Assembly: GCA_027364845.1 (NCBI GenBank)
Contig: DAHXOO010000008.1
Span: forward strand, 121 to 64,120
Direction of reading: 5' to 3'
DNA: 64,000 nucleotides
From: Pseudomonadota bacterium
GTDB taxonomy: Bacteria > Pseudomonadota > Gammaproteobacteria > Acidiferrobacterales > UBA6901
Position numbers and translations under genes: made by a program. Positions 39,819 to 48,945 of the stretch are shown one piece after another (position 1 is the first letter of the stretch; each line of letters opens with the position of its first letter). The notes beneath the pieces were generated by a model. The model searched no databases, was not told the origin of the DNA, and was given only the letters and a program-made list of their open reading frames with translations.

Positions 39819-40140
39819 GTGAATTCACCCTCCAGTACTCAAGGCTTGCCCTGAAAATGGGGATGATCGTGCGCTATTTCCAGCCCGACTCTCTGGAGGT
39901 TCAGTCTGCTGCGCCAGACCGGCTAGTGGAACACCGTTCGTGGCAAGCTGCCGCGAAGGACAACCAGAAGAAATGATCCGAAAGTAGCAATGCGGGATAC
40001 GTCAGGTCGCGGCACGCGGCCAACTCCGGGAAAATGGCAGCAATGACTGGTGCCAGCCATGGAAGCCTGCAACGTGCCTTGACCCCTTTGTTCGGCGCCG
40101 CGGTTAACCTTCTACCTGGGACCCTGACGGCCTGCCGGGC

Positions 40141-40815
40141 CTATTTGCGGCGAGCAGTAGGCCTGCGCGCATGCTTCATCGACTGACGCGCGGCTTTTTT
40201 CTTATTGGCTTTAGTGGCTTTAGTAGGCTTAGCAGCCTTCTTGGTAGCCCTGGTGACCTTCTTCTTGACCGGCTTCTTGGCTGCGGCAACTGCCGTCTTC
40301 TTCGCAGTACCGGCAGGCGGTTTCTTGGCGCTCAGGCCGGTTCCGGACGCGCGTTTGGAACTCTTCGTATCTGCCAAGCGGATTGACTTTACCCGTTCAG
40401 ACACAGAGTTCAGGTAGATGTGGTGGGTGTTCATGTGTTCAACGGCGGACCGTGCCCTGTCAGGCCCGGTTTCGCCCGGGCCGAGCTGGCGGTAGGCCAT
40501 CTCGATCATGCTGTCCTCATACGCGCAGAAACGTGCGACCTCAGGTCCGACAATGGTGCACAACTGATGCATCTGCTCGCCCGCCCTGAGGTTGATCTCA
40601 TGCAACCTCTTGGCGCGTTCGGGTCCTATCCAGCTCACTAGCGTCCAGTGGTTGCCTGCGGCACCAGGGTTTTCGAGATAGCGTTGCCAGACTTCGCTCG
40701 CCTCATCGCAGGTGACCGCAAGTGTGTCGAGGCAGCTTAGAACGAGCTCCCGATCTTTGGAGCGCGCTCGTCCCCACCCTTCAATAAGAACTACTGCTTC
40801 CTCAAGACTTCTCAT
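40141..40815 (-). CDS. hypothetical protein with histone H1-like Lys/Ala-rich C-terminal tail
   Basis: Ordered N-terminal region then SAKKPPAGTAKKTAVAAAKKPVKKKVTRATKKAAKPTKATKANKKKAARQSMKHARRPTARRK. Confidence 0.8.
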   Translation of the reverse strand: MRSLEEAVVLIEGWGRARSKDRELVLSCLDTLAVTCDEASEVWQRYLENPGAAGNHWTLVSWIGPERAKRLHEINLRAGEQMHQLCTIVGPEVARFCAYEDSMIEMAYRQLGPGETGPDRARSAVEHMNTHHIYLNSVSERVKSIRLADTKSSKRASGTGLSAKKPPAGTAKKTAVAAAKKPVKKKVTRATKKAAKPTKATKANKKKAARQSMKHARRPTARRK

Positions 40816-40988
40816 GCCAACCTCCCTCATGCAAACGGCCATAATTGGCGCTCGATTTATTCATCATACGGACGGCGCCATCTCGTAGCAATATGGCTTG
40901 GCTCATTCCGACGCTATGCAAAACTCCGGCGGAATTGTTACCATCAAAAATTACGGCGCATCGTGATGTTCCGGAGTCAGAACGACGC

Positions 40989-42089
40989 ATGACCGAAATC
41001 GAGATCGCGCCATGGTCAGAGTTAATCCAAACTCTGCAGCCTATCGCATCACTAAGCATCCTACGCGTCGAAGAGCTGAGGCCATTGTTCCGCATTGAAC
41101 GCATTCCTGCGGGCATGACCTTGTTCCAAGAGGGGAGGATAGATCATCAGGCCATCTACCTGCTGCGCGGTGAAATGGTCCTGAGCAGCGCGAGAGATGA
41201 GGAAAACTGCTTGCTGGTGGCACCGGACACAACCGGCACACCAGCAATGGCGATCTGTCCGATTGTGGACAAGCAGCCACGCCAACTATCCGCCATGGCG
41301 GTGACTGATCTTGAGATCCTGCGAATCGACAGCGAACTTCTTGATATCGTCGTCACATGGGACACCCTCGCCGGCTGTTTCGCCGCTCCGGGACCGAATT
41401 GCCGCGGCGGGATCCCTGGTGGCGCGACGGACTGGATGAGCATGGTCCGGCAATGTCTGGTTTTTAGGCATATTCCCCCTTCCAACTTCGATTCTTTGGG
41501 CATGCAGCTGGAAATGGTCACGGTGCGAGCGGGACAGGTCGTGGCACGCGAGGGCGAGCATGCCGACGATTACTATCTCGTCGAGAGCGGTACGGCCGTC
41601 ATGACACGCGAAACTGACGGAAATGGCCCGGCCGATAGCACAACGCTAGGCCCCGGTGCAGGATTCGGTGAGGAAAGCCTGCAAGGCGAGGACCGATGGC
41701 ATTCCAGCGTTACGATGGAAACACGTGGCACACTGTTGCGGCTTACGCGTCAGCGTTTCCTCGCCCTCAGACACGAACCGCCACTTAGCTGGTTAACGCC
41801 GTCCCAGGCAATGTCGATGGCGGAATCCCGCGACGTCATCTGGCTCGATGTTCGTGGGCTGGAAGAGGCGCCGGATTCGCTGTTGCCCGGCGCCTATCGC
41901 CTGCCCCTGGGTACGCTATGCCAGGCGGCCAATGATCTTGAACCGGATAACACATACATTTGCTACTGCAATACCGGTCGACGCAGCTCCGCAGCGGCAC
42001 ATCTTCTTGGTCAACGCGGCCTACGCGCGCATGTACTCGCAGGAGGACTGCGGGCCGCGCCCGCTGGATTTGGGGGCAGCGCGCCGTAG
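40989..42089 (+). CDS. cyclic nucleotide-binding-like domains fused to C-terminal rhodanese domain
   Basis: RIERIPAGMTLFQEGRIDHQAIYLLRGEM and EMVTVRAGQVVAREGEHADDYYLVESGTAVM (two cNMP-like domains); VIWLDVRGLEE...YICYCNTGRRSSAAAHLLGQRGLRAHVLAGGL (rhodanese with active-site Cys). Confidence 0.9.
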   Translation: MTEIEIAPWSELIQTLQPIASLSILRVEELRPLFRIERIPAGMTLFQEGRIDHQAIYLLRGEMVLSSARDEENCLLVAPDTTGTPAMAICPIVDKQPRQLSAMAVTDLEILRIDSELLDIVVTWDTLAGCFAAPGPNCRGGIPGGATDWMSMVRQCLVFRHIPPSNFDSLGMQLEMVTVRAGQVVAREGEHADDYYLVESGTAVMTRETDGNGPADSTTLGPGAGFGEESLQGEDRWHSSVTMETRGTLLRLTRQRFLALRHEPPLSWLTPSQAMSMAESRDVIWLDVRGLEEAPDSLLPGAYRLPLGTLCQAANDLEPDNTYICYCNTGRRSSAAAHLLGQRGLRAHVLAGGLRAAPAGFGGSAP

Positions 42090-42277
42090 TAGACTCCCCG
42101 TATGGGACCTTTTCAACGCGAGATGTTCCGGCCGCATGATGCGCTCTGGAATCGATGTGGACATTCCGACCATCGGTCCAAGTGCACCGGAGATTGCTGA
42201 CACGCTGCGGTACGGCGCGTTTTCACGGCCATCCCGGTGCCACCGGGAAATCGTAAACTGGATCGTGGTCGAAGAGC

Positions 42278-42532
42278 ATGACTGACTTGAATAATGCCGA
42301 CACCGACTATAGCCCGATTTCCTGCGCAAGCTACGACGTATTCGAGATCGCCATCCTTCATCGCGCGTGTCTACACCTGACGTGGGTCGAGGACAATGTC
42401 CTGCATGACCAAATCGTGACGCCGCTCGACATCGAAACGGCAAACCACCAGGAGTTTCTGATTGTGCAGATGTCCACGGGACAAACACTGCGCCTGCGAC
42501 TTGACCGGATCCGAAAAGCTCGCCCCGCGTGA
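42278..42532 (+). CDS. rof: Rho-binding antiterminator (Rof-like)
   Basis: YSPISCASYDVFEIAILHRACLHLTWVEDNVLHDQIVTPLDIETANHQEFLIVQMSTGQTLRLRLDRIRKA parallels E. coli Rof (YxPIxCxxYDxxExAxxH...LRLDKI). Confidence 0.82.
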   Translation: MTDLNNADTDYSPISCASYDVFEIAILHRACLHLTWVEDNVLHDQIVTPLDIETANHQEFLIVQMSTGQTLRLRLDRIRKARPA

Positions 42533-42809
42533 ATTGTCGTCTTCGCCCGGGATAACAACGGAACAACCGCCGGGACTGCAGGGTATTGCAAAGTACATTC
42601 CACCATGGTTCGCTCCGCCCAGCGGATCATGAAGATCGCGGCAGGCACTGGCTGGCTTGCCAACTTGGGGGCGGGTCGCACCCCAGAGGGGTCGCACGAC
42701 CGGCGCAGCCTATTAGGACCGCACTTGGCACCTGTCGGTCAATGGGAATATAGTGCCGGTTAATTGAACAGTTGATGCTCAGTGTAACGCTATACGGGAG
42801 GAAAAATCC

Positions 42810-43334
42810 GTGATCCGAGATCGCATGCATGTTCGCGAATCTGCTCTTTTGGCGCTATTCTGTACAGCCGCGCTTTCCGGCTGCGCAAGCTTGACCAAAC
42901 CGGTCAGCTCTATCACGATCAACTCCGATCCGCCGGGTGCCCAGGTCTTCGTTTCTGGCAGGAACATTGGAACCACCCCACTTCCAGTGGTACTCGACAA
43001 GGAGTTTCCAAGACATTGGACAGAGCGCATCAGTAGCGATGTCGGTCCGGGCTTTGCGTTTTACCGCCGACTTGCAACCGTCACGATCAAGAAGTCCGGC
43101 TGCAAGCCCTATACCAATCAGTTCACCGGGAAAACTTTGAGGCACGATATAACGGTCACGCTCACGTGCGGACCGCAATACATTCTGGCAGCACCCGCCG
43201 CGCCCGCCACGGCGGCGCCCGAAGGCGCAACGATCGAACAACGCCTACAGGAACTTCAAGAACTCAAGAAAAAGGGACTGATTTCCGATCAGGAGTACCA
43301 CACGCAGCAGCAACGGATATTGAACCAGCTCTAG
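42810..43334 (+). CDS. lipoprotein with PEGA-like domain and C-terminal SHOCT-like motif
   Basis: Lipobox LSGCAS; SITINSDPPGAQVFVSGRNIGTTPLPVVL (PEGA); TIEQRLQELQELKKKGLISDQEYHTQQQRIL (SHOCT). Confidence 0.85.
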   Translation: MIRDRMHVRESALLALFCTAALSGCASLTKPVSSITINSDPPGAQVFVSGRNIGTTPLPVVLDKEFPRHWTERISSDVGPGFAFYRRLATVTIKKSGCKPYTNQFTGKTLRHDITVTLTCGPQYILAAPAAPATAAPEGATIEQRLQELQELKKKGLISDQEYHTQQQRILNQL

Positions 43335-43399
43335 GTTATCTGCTGCAAACTCGACCCGGAGCCTGGGCAGCCGCCAAAGGGGCCAGACACCGCCAATTG

Positions 43400-43560
43400 G
43401 AGCACGCGCAATGGCAAGACGCGCTTCCTCCAGGACCGGTGGTGGTACTCGCAGAAAACCTTCATTTGCTTCCGGCACGCGGCCCAGCGCTGAACCTTGG
43501 CTATGGCCTTGCAACCAATGTCATGCTGTTCACGCATCACGGACTCGAACGTACGCCTGA
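43400..43560 (+). pseudogene. apparent relic of a class I SAM-dependent methyltransferase N-terminus
   Basis: Frame of ORF 43166..43645: QDALPPGPVVVLAENLHLLPARGPALNLGYGLATNVMLFTHHGLE resembles '..ENAHLLPxxGxALDLACGxGxNALxLAxxGLE' but no intact downstream frame. Confidence 0.5.
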
Positions 43561-44031
43561 GACAACAGCAAGCGGCGATCACCTTGGGGCGCCTGCTCGC
43601 TGCGCTGCAGTTGCAGGTCTGCCGCGAGGAGCCCGTGCCTGGTGACGTTACGTGCAGGCTGCACAATCAGGCGATGCTGGTGGCGCAATCGCCGGACAGT
43701 GTGGACACCCTGACATCGAAGGCAGGGCACCGTGCATAGCTAGGCAACGCCGACAAGCCTGGTCGGCTGGCCCAACCGCCAATCCCGAAGAAGTGCACCG
43801 CGCCCAGGAACCCCTTATAATGCCGGCCTGTCCGGGGCAGTTAGAACACCGGGCGCGCTGGAACAATGCGCAGCAGGTCTTCGGATGGTAAGCGCCCGAA
43901 TGGCCGGGAATCATTCGTTCCCAAAAATGGGGATTTGGAACAACAGCGGCCAAGCAGGTTACAATTCGCAACTTCGCGCCTGCGCAGCGCCGATCCGGGC
44001 TCCTTCAAACCGAAACCACAGCAGAACTCTA

Positions 44032-45153
44032 ATGAAAGTCGGCATACCAATTGAAGTTATGGAGGGCGAAACGCGCGTCGCCGCCACTCCGGAGATGGTG
44101 AAGAAACTGTGTGCCCTCGGCCTCTCGGTGCTGGTACAGAAGAATGCCGGGATTGCCTCGCATTTTACTGATGACGCCTACCACCGTGCTGGTGCTGAGG
44201 TCGTCGACAATGCACAGGCTTTGGGCGCAGATATCGTGTTCAAGGTACGAAAACCCAACAGCGACGAAATTGGACGCATGAAGAATGGTGCGGTGCTGTT
44301 AAGCATGATGGACCTATGTCACAGCGACAGCACCCTGGACCAGCTGGCCGCCACTGGCGTCGACTCCTTCGCCCTGGAACTGATCCCGCGCATCTCTCGC
44401 GCCCAGGCCATGGACGTGCTGTCGTCGCAGTCCAACATTGCCGGCTACCGTGCGGTACTTGAGGCCGCACGTCTCTATGGTCGGTTCTTTCCGATGATGA
44501 TGACTTCGGCCGGATCCGCAAAGCCAACGCGTGTGGTGGTGCTGGGCGCGGGCGTTGCCGGACTGCAGGCGATCGCCACCGCACGCCGGCTAGGCGCGCA
44601 GGTCGCGGCCTACGATGTGCGCCCCGAGGTCAAAGAGCAGATTATGTCCCTGGGCGCCAAGTTCATCGAGTTCGACCTGGGAGAATCCGGGGCAGGTACC
44701 GGCGGATATGCCCGGCAGCTGTCTGCTGAGGCACAGAGCAAGCAGCAGCAGCTGCTCACCGATGAGTTGAAGAAAGCGGACGTAATCATCTCCACCGCCC
44801 TTATTCCATGCAAACCGGCTCCGGTGTTGGTCACTGAACAGGCGGTCGAAGGAATGAACCAAGGGTCGGTGATCATCGATATGGCAGCCGCCACTGGCGG
44901 CAACTGCCCGCTCACCGAAGCGAACAAGACGGTCATCAAGCACGGAGTCATTCTATGCGGCATCACAAACTTTCCGGCACTCATGCCGGGTGACGCCAGC
45001 GCATTCTATTCGCGCAACATATTCAACTTCATATCGCTCCTGATCGTCACGACCGATGGTCAGTTGCAGATGAAAGACTATTTGGAAGACGAGATTACCG
45101 CGAGTTCGCTGGTCACTTACAAGGGAACAGTGCGCTTCAAAGATAAGAAATAG
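44032..45153 (+). CDS. pntA: NAD(P) transhydrogenase subunit alpha part 1
   Basis: [26 protein letters not shown]; [46 protein letters not shown]. Confidence 0.95.
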   Translation: MKVGIPIEVMEGETRVAATPEMVKKLCALGLSVLVQKNAGIASHFTDDAYHRAGAEVVDNAQALGADIVFKVRKPNSDEIGRMKNGAVLLSMMDLCHSDSTLDQLAATGVDSFALELIPRISRAQAMDVLSSQSNIAGYRAVLEAARLYGRFFPMMMTSAGSAKPTRVVVLGAGVAGLQAIATARRLGAQVAAYDVRPEVKEQIMSLGAKFIEFDLGESGAGTGGYARQLSAEAQSKQQQLLTDELKKADVIISTALIPCKPAPVLVTEQAVEGMNQGSVIIDMAAATGGNCPLTEANKTVIKHGVILCGITNFPALMPGDASAFYSRNIFNFISLLIVTTDGQLQMKDYLEDEITASSLVTYKGTVRFKDKK

Positions 45154-45167
45154 GAAAGGGGAAATTT

Positions 45168-45452
45168 ATGTCAGCAACCATGATCGCGCTGTATGTTTTC
45201 GTACTCGCCTGCTTCATTGGCTACTGGGTCATCTGGGGGGTGACGCCATCCCTGCACACTCCCCTGCTCTCGCTGACCAACGCAATTTCCGGAATCATCA
45301 TCGTCGGCGCCATTCTGGTTGCCGGATTCGGTCAGGGCGGCGGGCCCGCGGGAATCATCGGGTTCATAGCAGTCACCCTCGCATCCATCAACATCTTTGG
45401 CGGCTTCGTTGTTACGCAGCGTATGCTTGCCATGTTCAAGAAAAAGAAATAA
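45168..45452 (+). CDS. NAD(P) transhydrogenase subunit alpha part 2
   Basis: Small 3-TM protein [20 protein letters not shown]...[19 protein letters not shown] between pntA1 and pntB. Confidence 0.95.
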   Translation: MSATMIALYVFVLACFIGYWVIWGVTPSLHTPLLSLTNAISGIIIVGAILVAGFGQGGGPAGIIGFIAVTLASINIFGGFVVTQRMLAMFKKKK

Positions 45453-45464
45453 GGGGCTGCAGGC

Positions 45465-46859
45465 ATGCAATTGACCGGCAACTATCTGGCGCTTGCCTAC
45501 CTCGTTTCCGCGACGCTGTTCATATTGGGTCTAAAAAGCCTCACTCATCCGGCAAGCGCTCGGCGCGGGAACTACTATGCGATGTTCGGCATGCTGTTGG
45601 CGATTGCGGCCACCGCGTTCAATCCTGCTATCCGTTCATATGATTTCATCGTCGCCGGGATCGTGCTCGGGGCAGCGATCGGCACTCTGATAGCACTTAA
45701 AATCCGGATGACTGCAATGCCACAGCTGGTTGCTGCACTGCACAGCTTCGTCGGTCTTACTGCAGTCCTGGTGGCGGTGGGCACCTACCTCACGCACCGC
45801 GCCCAGGGCACGCTGAATACAGTACTGATGGCAGAGCTGTTCGTCGGCGCATTCATCGGTGCCATCACCTTCACCGGCTCGCTGGTGGCCTTCGGCAAGC
45901 TGCAGGGCATCATCACCGGCAGGCCGCTCATCTTCGCAGGGCAGCATATTCTCAATATGATGATTGCCCTAGTGATGTTAGGTTTCGGTGTCGATTTTCT
46001 CCTGCACAACCAGTTCGGCGCGCTTCTCATACTGATCGCGCTGGCGCTGACGCTCGGCGTCCTGCTGATCGTTCCAATCGGTGGCGCCGACATGCCTGTG
46101 GTAGTGTCCATGCTGAATTCCTATTCCGGCTGGGCGGCAGCCGCCACTGGTTTCACCCTAGGCAACAACCTGCTTATCATTACCGGAGCGCTCGTGGGTT
46201 TCTCAGGAGCCATCCTGTCATACATCATGTCGAAGGCCATGAATCGGTCCATCGGCAGCATCATCCTGGGCGGCTTCGGAGGCGGCGAAAGCACAGCCGG
46301 CACGGGGGCAGTCACGGCCGCCGCCAAGGGCATCAAGACCGCTGCGGTTGAAGACGCGGTATTTTTGATGGCCAACGCAAGCAAGGTTATTATCGTTCCC
46401 GGCTACGGAATGGCCGTAGCCCAGGCGCAGCATGCTCTTAAGGAACTCGTGGATATACTGGAGAGCAAGGGCGTCACGGTCCACTTCGCGATCCATCCTG
46501 TTGCAGGCAGGATGCCGGGCCACATGAATGTGCTACTCGCCGAGGCGGACGTTCCATACGACCATGTTTTCGAGATGGAAGAGATCAATCCTGAGTTCAC
46601 CACCGCCGACGTCGCACTTGTGGTCGGGGCCAACGACGTGACTAATCCGGCGGCCAAGAGCGACAAATCGAGTCCGATCTACGGGATGCCTATCCTCGAC
46701 GTTTATAAGGCACGCCAGATATTCTTCATCAAGCGCAGCATGAACCCCGGCTACTCCGGGGTGGAAAACCAGTTGTTCTACCAGGATAACTGTTCGCTTG
46801 TTTTTGGTGATGCCAAAAAGGTCTGTGAAAAAATGGTGGTGGAGCTGAAGGCTGCCTGA
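45465..46859 (+). CDS. pntB: NAD(P) transhydrogenase subunit beta
   Basis: NSYSGWAAAATGFTLGNNLLIITGALVGFSGAILSYIM; VIIVPGYGMAVAQAQHALKEL; MPGHMNVLLAEADVPY. Confidence 0.97.
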   Translation: MQLTGNYLALAYLVSATLFILGLKSLTHPASARRGNYYAMFGMLLAIAATAFNPAIRSYDFIVAGIVLGAAIGTLIALKIRMTAMPQLVAALHSFVGLTAVLVAVGTYLTHRAQGTLNTVLMAELFVGAFIGAITFTGSLVAFGKLQGIITGRPLIFAGQHILNMMIALVMLGFGVDFLLHNQFGALLILIALALTLGVLLIVPIGGADMPVVVSMLNSYSGWAAAATGFTLGNNLLIITGALVGFSGAILSYIMSKAMNRSIGSIILGGFGGGESTAGTGAVTAAAKGIKTAAVEDAVFLMANASKVIIVPGYGMAVAQAQHALKELVDILESKGVTVHFAIHPVAGRMPGHMNVLLAEADVPYDHVFEMEEINPEFTTADVALVVGANDVTNPAAKSDKSSPIYGMPILDVYKARQIFFIKRSMNPGYSGVENQLFYQDNCSLVFGDAKKVCEKMVVELKAA

Positions 46860-46904
46860 GGGACAACCCTCGGCTACCCAACACCTACGCGGCCGCTTAA
46901 CGCT

Positions 46905-47606
46905 CTAGCTGGAACGCCGGAAGATCAACTCCCATACGCCGTGTCCGAGCCGCTGCCCGCGGCGCTCGAACTTGGTGAAGGGACGGTACTGGGGACGCGG
47001 CGCGTAACAGCCCGGACCAGCACTGTTCTCGAAACCCGATGCCTGGGTCATTATGGCCATCATGTGCTGCGCATAGGGTTCCCAGTCGGTCGCCATGTGC
47101 AAATAACCACCGACGACAATCTTGCAACGCAAGATCTCCACGAACTCCGACTGCACTAGGCGCCGCTTATGGTGACGGGTCTTCGGCCAGGGATCCGGAA
47201 AGAACAGATGCACACCATACAGCCGTGCGTCTTGGATCTTGTTCACCAGAACGGAGCCCGCGTCGTCGCATATCACCCGTACGTTCGCGATGTCTTGCGC
47301 TTCGAGTGTCCGCAGTAGACGGCCGACTCCCGGGCGGTGGATTTCCACTCCCAGATAGTCCTGCTCTGAATGAGACGCCGCCATGGCGCACAGGGATTGT
47401 CCATCGCCAAAACCGATCTCAAGAATCACCGGCGCTTGGCGGCCGAAAATCGCGCCAAAATCGAGCTGTGCGTCGCTTTCCGCCACGCCGAAGCGTGGCC
47501 ACAGCTCTGCCAGCGCGCGGCGCTGAGCCACCGTGATGCGGCCCTCGCGGCGCACGTAGCTGCGGATTTGGCGCAATGGCCCATGCGGCGCACGCACGCC
47601 GCTCAT
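46905..47606 (-). CDS. trmB: tRNA (guanosine(46)-N7)-methyltransferase
   Basis: LEIGFGDGQSLCAMA; YLGVEIHRPGVGRLL; LYGVHLFFPDPWPKTRHHKRRLV. Confidence 0.96.
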   Translation of the reverse strand: MSGVRAPHGPLRQIRSYVRREGRITVAQRRALAELWPRFGVAESDAQLDFGAIFGRQAPVILEIGFGDGQSLCAMAASHSEQDYLGVEIHRPGVGRLLRTLEAQDIANVRVICDDAGSVLVNKIQDARLYGVHLFFPDPWPKTRHHKRRLVQSEFVEILRCKIVVGGYLHMATDWEPYAQHMMAIMTQASGFENSAGPGCYAPRPQYRPFTKFERRGQRLGHGVWELIFRRSS

Positions 47607-47655
47607 CGTGAACTCCTCAAGCCGAGGGGGCCCGGGACGCTCAGAAACAGGAGGC

Positions 47656-48474
47656 CTAGAAGAAACTGCCGTCGACAGGCGATGAGGCCGTGGCATAAGG
47701 CTTGCGCGGCATACGCCCGGCGAGATAAGCGTCGCGTCCGGCCTCTACCGCCTTTTTCATGGCCGCCGCCATAAGCACTGGATTCCTTGCCGCGGCAATG
47801 GCGGTATTCATCAGGACGCCATCGCAGCCAAGCTCCATGGCTACCGCGGCATCACTCGCAGTACCGACCCCTGCATCCACCAGAATCGGGACCCGCGCGT
47901 TTTCAACGATGAGGCGGATATTGTACGGATTGCGAATGCCGAGACCGGATCCTATCGGTGCGGCCAGCGGCATGACTGCCACGCATCCGAGCTCTTCGAA
48001 GCGTTTGGCCATTACCGGATCGTCTGTGGTGTAAACCATCACCTTGAAGCCTTCTTTCACGAGCGTTTCCGCAGCGCTCAGTGTCTTGGGGATGTCCGGA
48101 AACAGCGTCTTCTCATCGCCCAACACCTCCAGCTTGACCAGATCGTGCCCGTCGAGCAGTTCGCGCGCCAGCCGGCAAGTGCGCACGGCATCTTCAGCGC
48201 TGTAGCAGCCCGCCGTATTGGGTAGCAGCGTATAAATTTTCGGAGACAAGATCTCAAGAAGATTCGGCTCCTTCGGGTTCTGGCCGATGTTGGTGCGGCG
48301 TATTGCAACCGTCACGATCTCGGCACCGCTTGCCTCGACGGCACGGCGTGTCTCCTCCAGATCCCGGTACTTGCCGGTACCCACGAGCAGCCGCGAACGA
48401 TATTCTTGCCCGGCAATGGTCAGAACATCGCGCACGCCGGTCTCCTCACTGGATTTTGATGCCGGGGCCGTCAT
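47656..48474 (-). CDS. thiG: thiazole synthase
   Basis: [32 protein letters not shown]; [24 protein letters not shown]; [33 protein letters not shown]. Confidence 0.97.
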   Translation of the reverse strand: MTAPASKSSEETGVRDVLTIAGQEYRSRLLVGTGKYRDLEETRRAVEASGAEIVTVAIRRTNIGQNPKEPNLLEILSPKIYTLLPNTAGCYSAEDAVRTCRLARELLDGHDLVKLEVLGDEKTLFPDIPKTLSAAETLVKEGFKVMVYTTDDPVMAKRFEELGCVAVMPLAAPIGSGLGIRNPYNIRLIVENARVPILVDAGVGTASDAAVAMELGCDGVLMNTAIAAARNPVLMAAAMKKAVEAGRDAYLAGRMPRKPYATASSPVDGSFF

Positions 48475-48674
48475 CAGCCACCCCCTATTGCGACCACCAC
48501 TTCCACCCGGTCGTTGTCGTTCAGAACGTGTCCAGCATGCTGGCTGCGTGGCACGATCTCACAATTGATCTCAACTGCAACACGCTTGTCCGCCAGGCCC
48601 AGTTCGTGCAGCAATGAAGCCACGCTGGGCGCGGCATTCATGGTCTTTTCACTACCATTCAGCAGGATCTTCAT
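48474..48674 (-). CDS. thiS: sulfur carrier protein ThiS
   Basis: [11 protein letters not shown]...[35 protein letters not shown]; C-terminal GG; adjacent to thiG. Confidence 0.95.
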   Translation of the reverse strand: MKILLNGSEKTMNAAPSVASLLHELGLADKRVAVEINCEIVPRSQHAGHVLNDNDRVEVVVAIGGG

Positions 48675-48781
48675 ACTCCCTTCCGTGGGCACGGCAGAAC
48701 CGCACCCTACTCAAAACATGAGAAACTTTGGTATGCTATTCTATCGCTGGCGGACCGAAAATGCAGCTGGCTCCGCTGCTG

Positions 48782-48855
48782 GCGGGTGTAGTTCAATGGT
48801 AGAATGAAAGCTTCCCAAGCTTTAGACGTGGGTTCGATTCCCATCACCCGCTCCA
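48782..48855 (+). tRNA. tRNA-Gly (anticodon CCC), CCA encoded
   Basis: GCGGGTG...CACCCGC acceptor stem, anticodon stem AAAGC-TTCCCAA-GCTTT, GGTTCGATTCC T-arm, terminal CCA. Confidence 0.93.
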
Positions 48856-48945
48856 TCCTTCGTGCCAGCGCTGCGACCTGGACCGGCGTCCCAGCGGTTC
48901 AACTGTCTTCCCGAAAAAATGCGGTTTCTAGGACTAGGGGGAAGT

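Noticed and set aside
41848-42566. Overlapping ORFs on both strands around rof
   Set aside because: Cover the end of the rhodanese gene and rof in other frames; rof is the recognisable product.
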